From positions 23,358 through 87,357 of the forward strand of contig CBDBMY010000006.1 in NCBI GenBank assembly GCA_965207675.1: a stretch of DNA of 64,000 bases, written 5' to 3'. Under the pieces are notes generated by a model. That model was not told where the DNA came from. It did not search any database and saw only the letters and a program-made list of their open reading frames with translations. The stretch is from Vicinamibacterales bacterium (GTDB lineage: Bacteria > Acidobacteriota > Vicinamibacteria > Vicinamibacterales > UBA8438). Within the stretch, counting starts at the first letter, position 1; the number at the start of each line of letters is the position of its first letter. A program made the translations under genes and the position numbers. Positions 63,541 through 64,000 of the stretch are shown one piece after another.

Positions 63541-64000
63541 ATGAGGAAGACACGGCTCCGTGCATTCGCCGTTCCCGTCCTGGCGTTCGTCGTCCCGGTG
63601 CTGGCCGCCGCCACCGCCGCCGGACAGGCCCCCAAGACCCCGTGGGGCGATCCGGACATCCAGGGCATCTGGTCGTCGTCGGGAGCCACGCCCTTCGAGC
63701 GGCCCGACGATCTCCAGGGGCGCGAGACGCTGACCGAGGAAGAGGTCGCGGAGATTCGCGGCGAGACCGAGGCCCGCAACCAGGCGCTGCTCGACGCCTC
63801 GGCCCAGCGCACCCAGGCCGGGGGCAACGTCGGCGCCTACAACAACTTCTGGATGGAGCGGGGGGCGCGGTCGAACCGGACGTCGATGATCGTCGACCCG
63901 CCGAACGGCCGCTTCCCGGCCCTGACCGAGGCGGGCGAGATGGCCCGCAACAGCCGCCCCCGCGGCGACGACACGTGGGGCGACCGCCACATCTGGGAGC
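63541..64000 (+). CDS. secreted protein of unknown function, N-terminal 153 codons (runs off the right edge); paralogue of 25054..26040
   Basis: Not in the ORF track because it is open at the window edge. My own translation from the ATG at 63541 (GGAGGAGG SD): MRKTRLRAFAVPVLAFVVPVLAAATAAGQAPKTPWGDPDIQGIWSSSGATPFERP...SMIVDPPNGRFPALTEAG. Confidence 0.75.
   Translation, partial: MRKTRLRAFAVPVLAFVVPVLAAATAAGQAPKTPWGDPDIQGIWSSSGATPFERPDDLQGRETLTEEEVAEIRGETEARNQALLDASAQRTQAGGNVGAYNNFWMERGARSNRTSMIVDPPNGRFPALTEAGEMARNSRPRGDDTWGDRHIWE

Overview
This is a very GC-rich bacterial chromosomal segment. I found no rRNA, tRNA or CRISPR array. Many of the long ORFs in the track, mostly on the + strand, are Arg/Ala/Pro/Gly-rich shadow frames of real genes, which lie mostly on the - strand.

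All domain calls come from reading translations by eye; no searches were run. Coordinates of non-ORF features are accurate to a few nt.

Content from left to right:
- A partial SNF2-type helicase, open at the window edge.
- A secreted PQQ dehydrogenase, a Tat-exported gluconolactonase and a CMD-family protein, separated by structured intergenic repeats.
- A DUF5916/CBM9-like outer-membrane protein.
- A TonB-dependent receptor (frameshifted).
- RNase HI.
- A Uma2-DUF4351 nuclease.
- A Cu/Ag-type HME-RND efflux operon: a small Cys/His protein, then cusC, cusB and cusA.
- A Tat-exported linalool-dehydratase/isomerase-like protein.
- A mosaic accessory/defence region at about 26.2-56.9 kb.
- A CocE/NonD hydrolase (frameshifted), a BCCT transporter, a Gfo/Idh/MocA oxidoreductase, another Uma2 gene and a partial secreted protein.

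The accessory region carries:
- a HigBA-like module, a 23-bp tandem array and VapBC;
- a lipoprotein, an AAA (DUF4143) ATPase and SodC;
- a type II R-M pair and a DUF1501/PSCyt pair;
- a giant three-gene operon interrupted by an IS21-family element;
- an AbiEi/AbiEii pair embedded in three tandem Uma2-like paralogues.

The main hunt result is the three-gene operon at 38.6-53.0 kb:
- Gene A fuses a NERD domain, a pseudokinase, a kinase and a P-loop NTPase (about 1520-1550 aa).
- Gene B is a 604-aa protein with no domain I recognise.
- Gene C is about 1780 aa, with a PD..ExK nuclease-like motif and a C-terminal HerA/FtsK-type ATPase.

The operon resembles a hybrid of PglW (Pgl/BREX type 2) and DptF-DptG-DptH (DndFGH). 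None of the partner genes of either system is present in the window. In this sequence it is disrupted by an IS21 insertion and by a 1-nt indel in a T5 run.

Secondary observations are several families of structured intergenic repeats, three tandem duplications located exactly at gene junctions, and three 1-nt frameshifts at mononucleotide runs of 2-5 nt. The frameshifts may be assembly errors.
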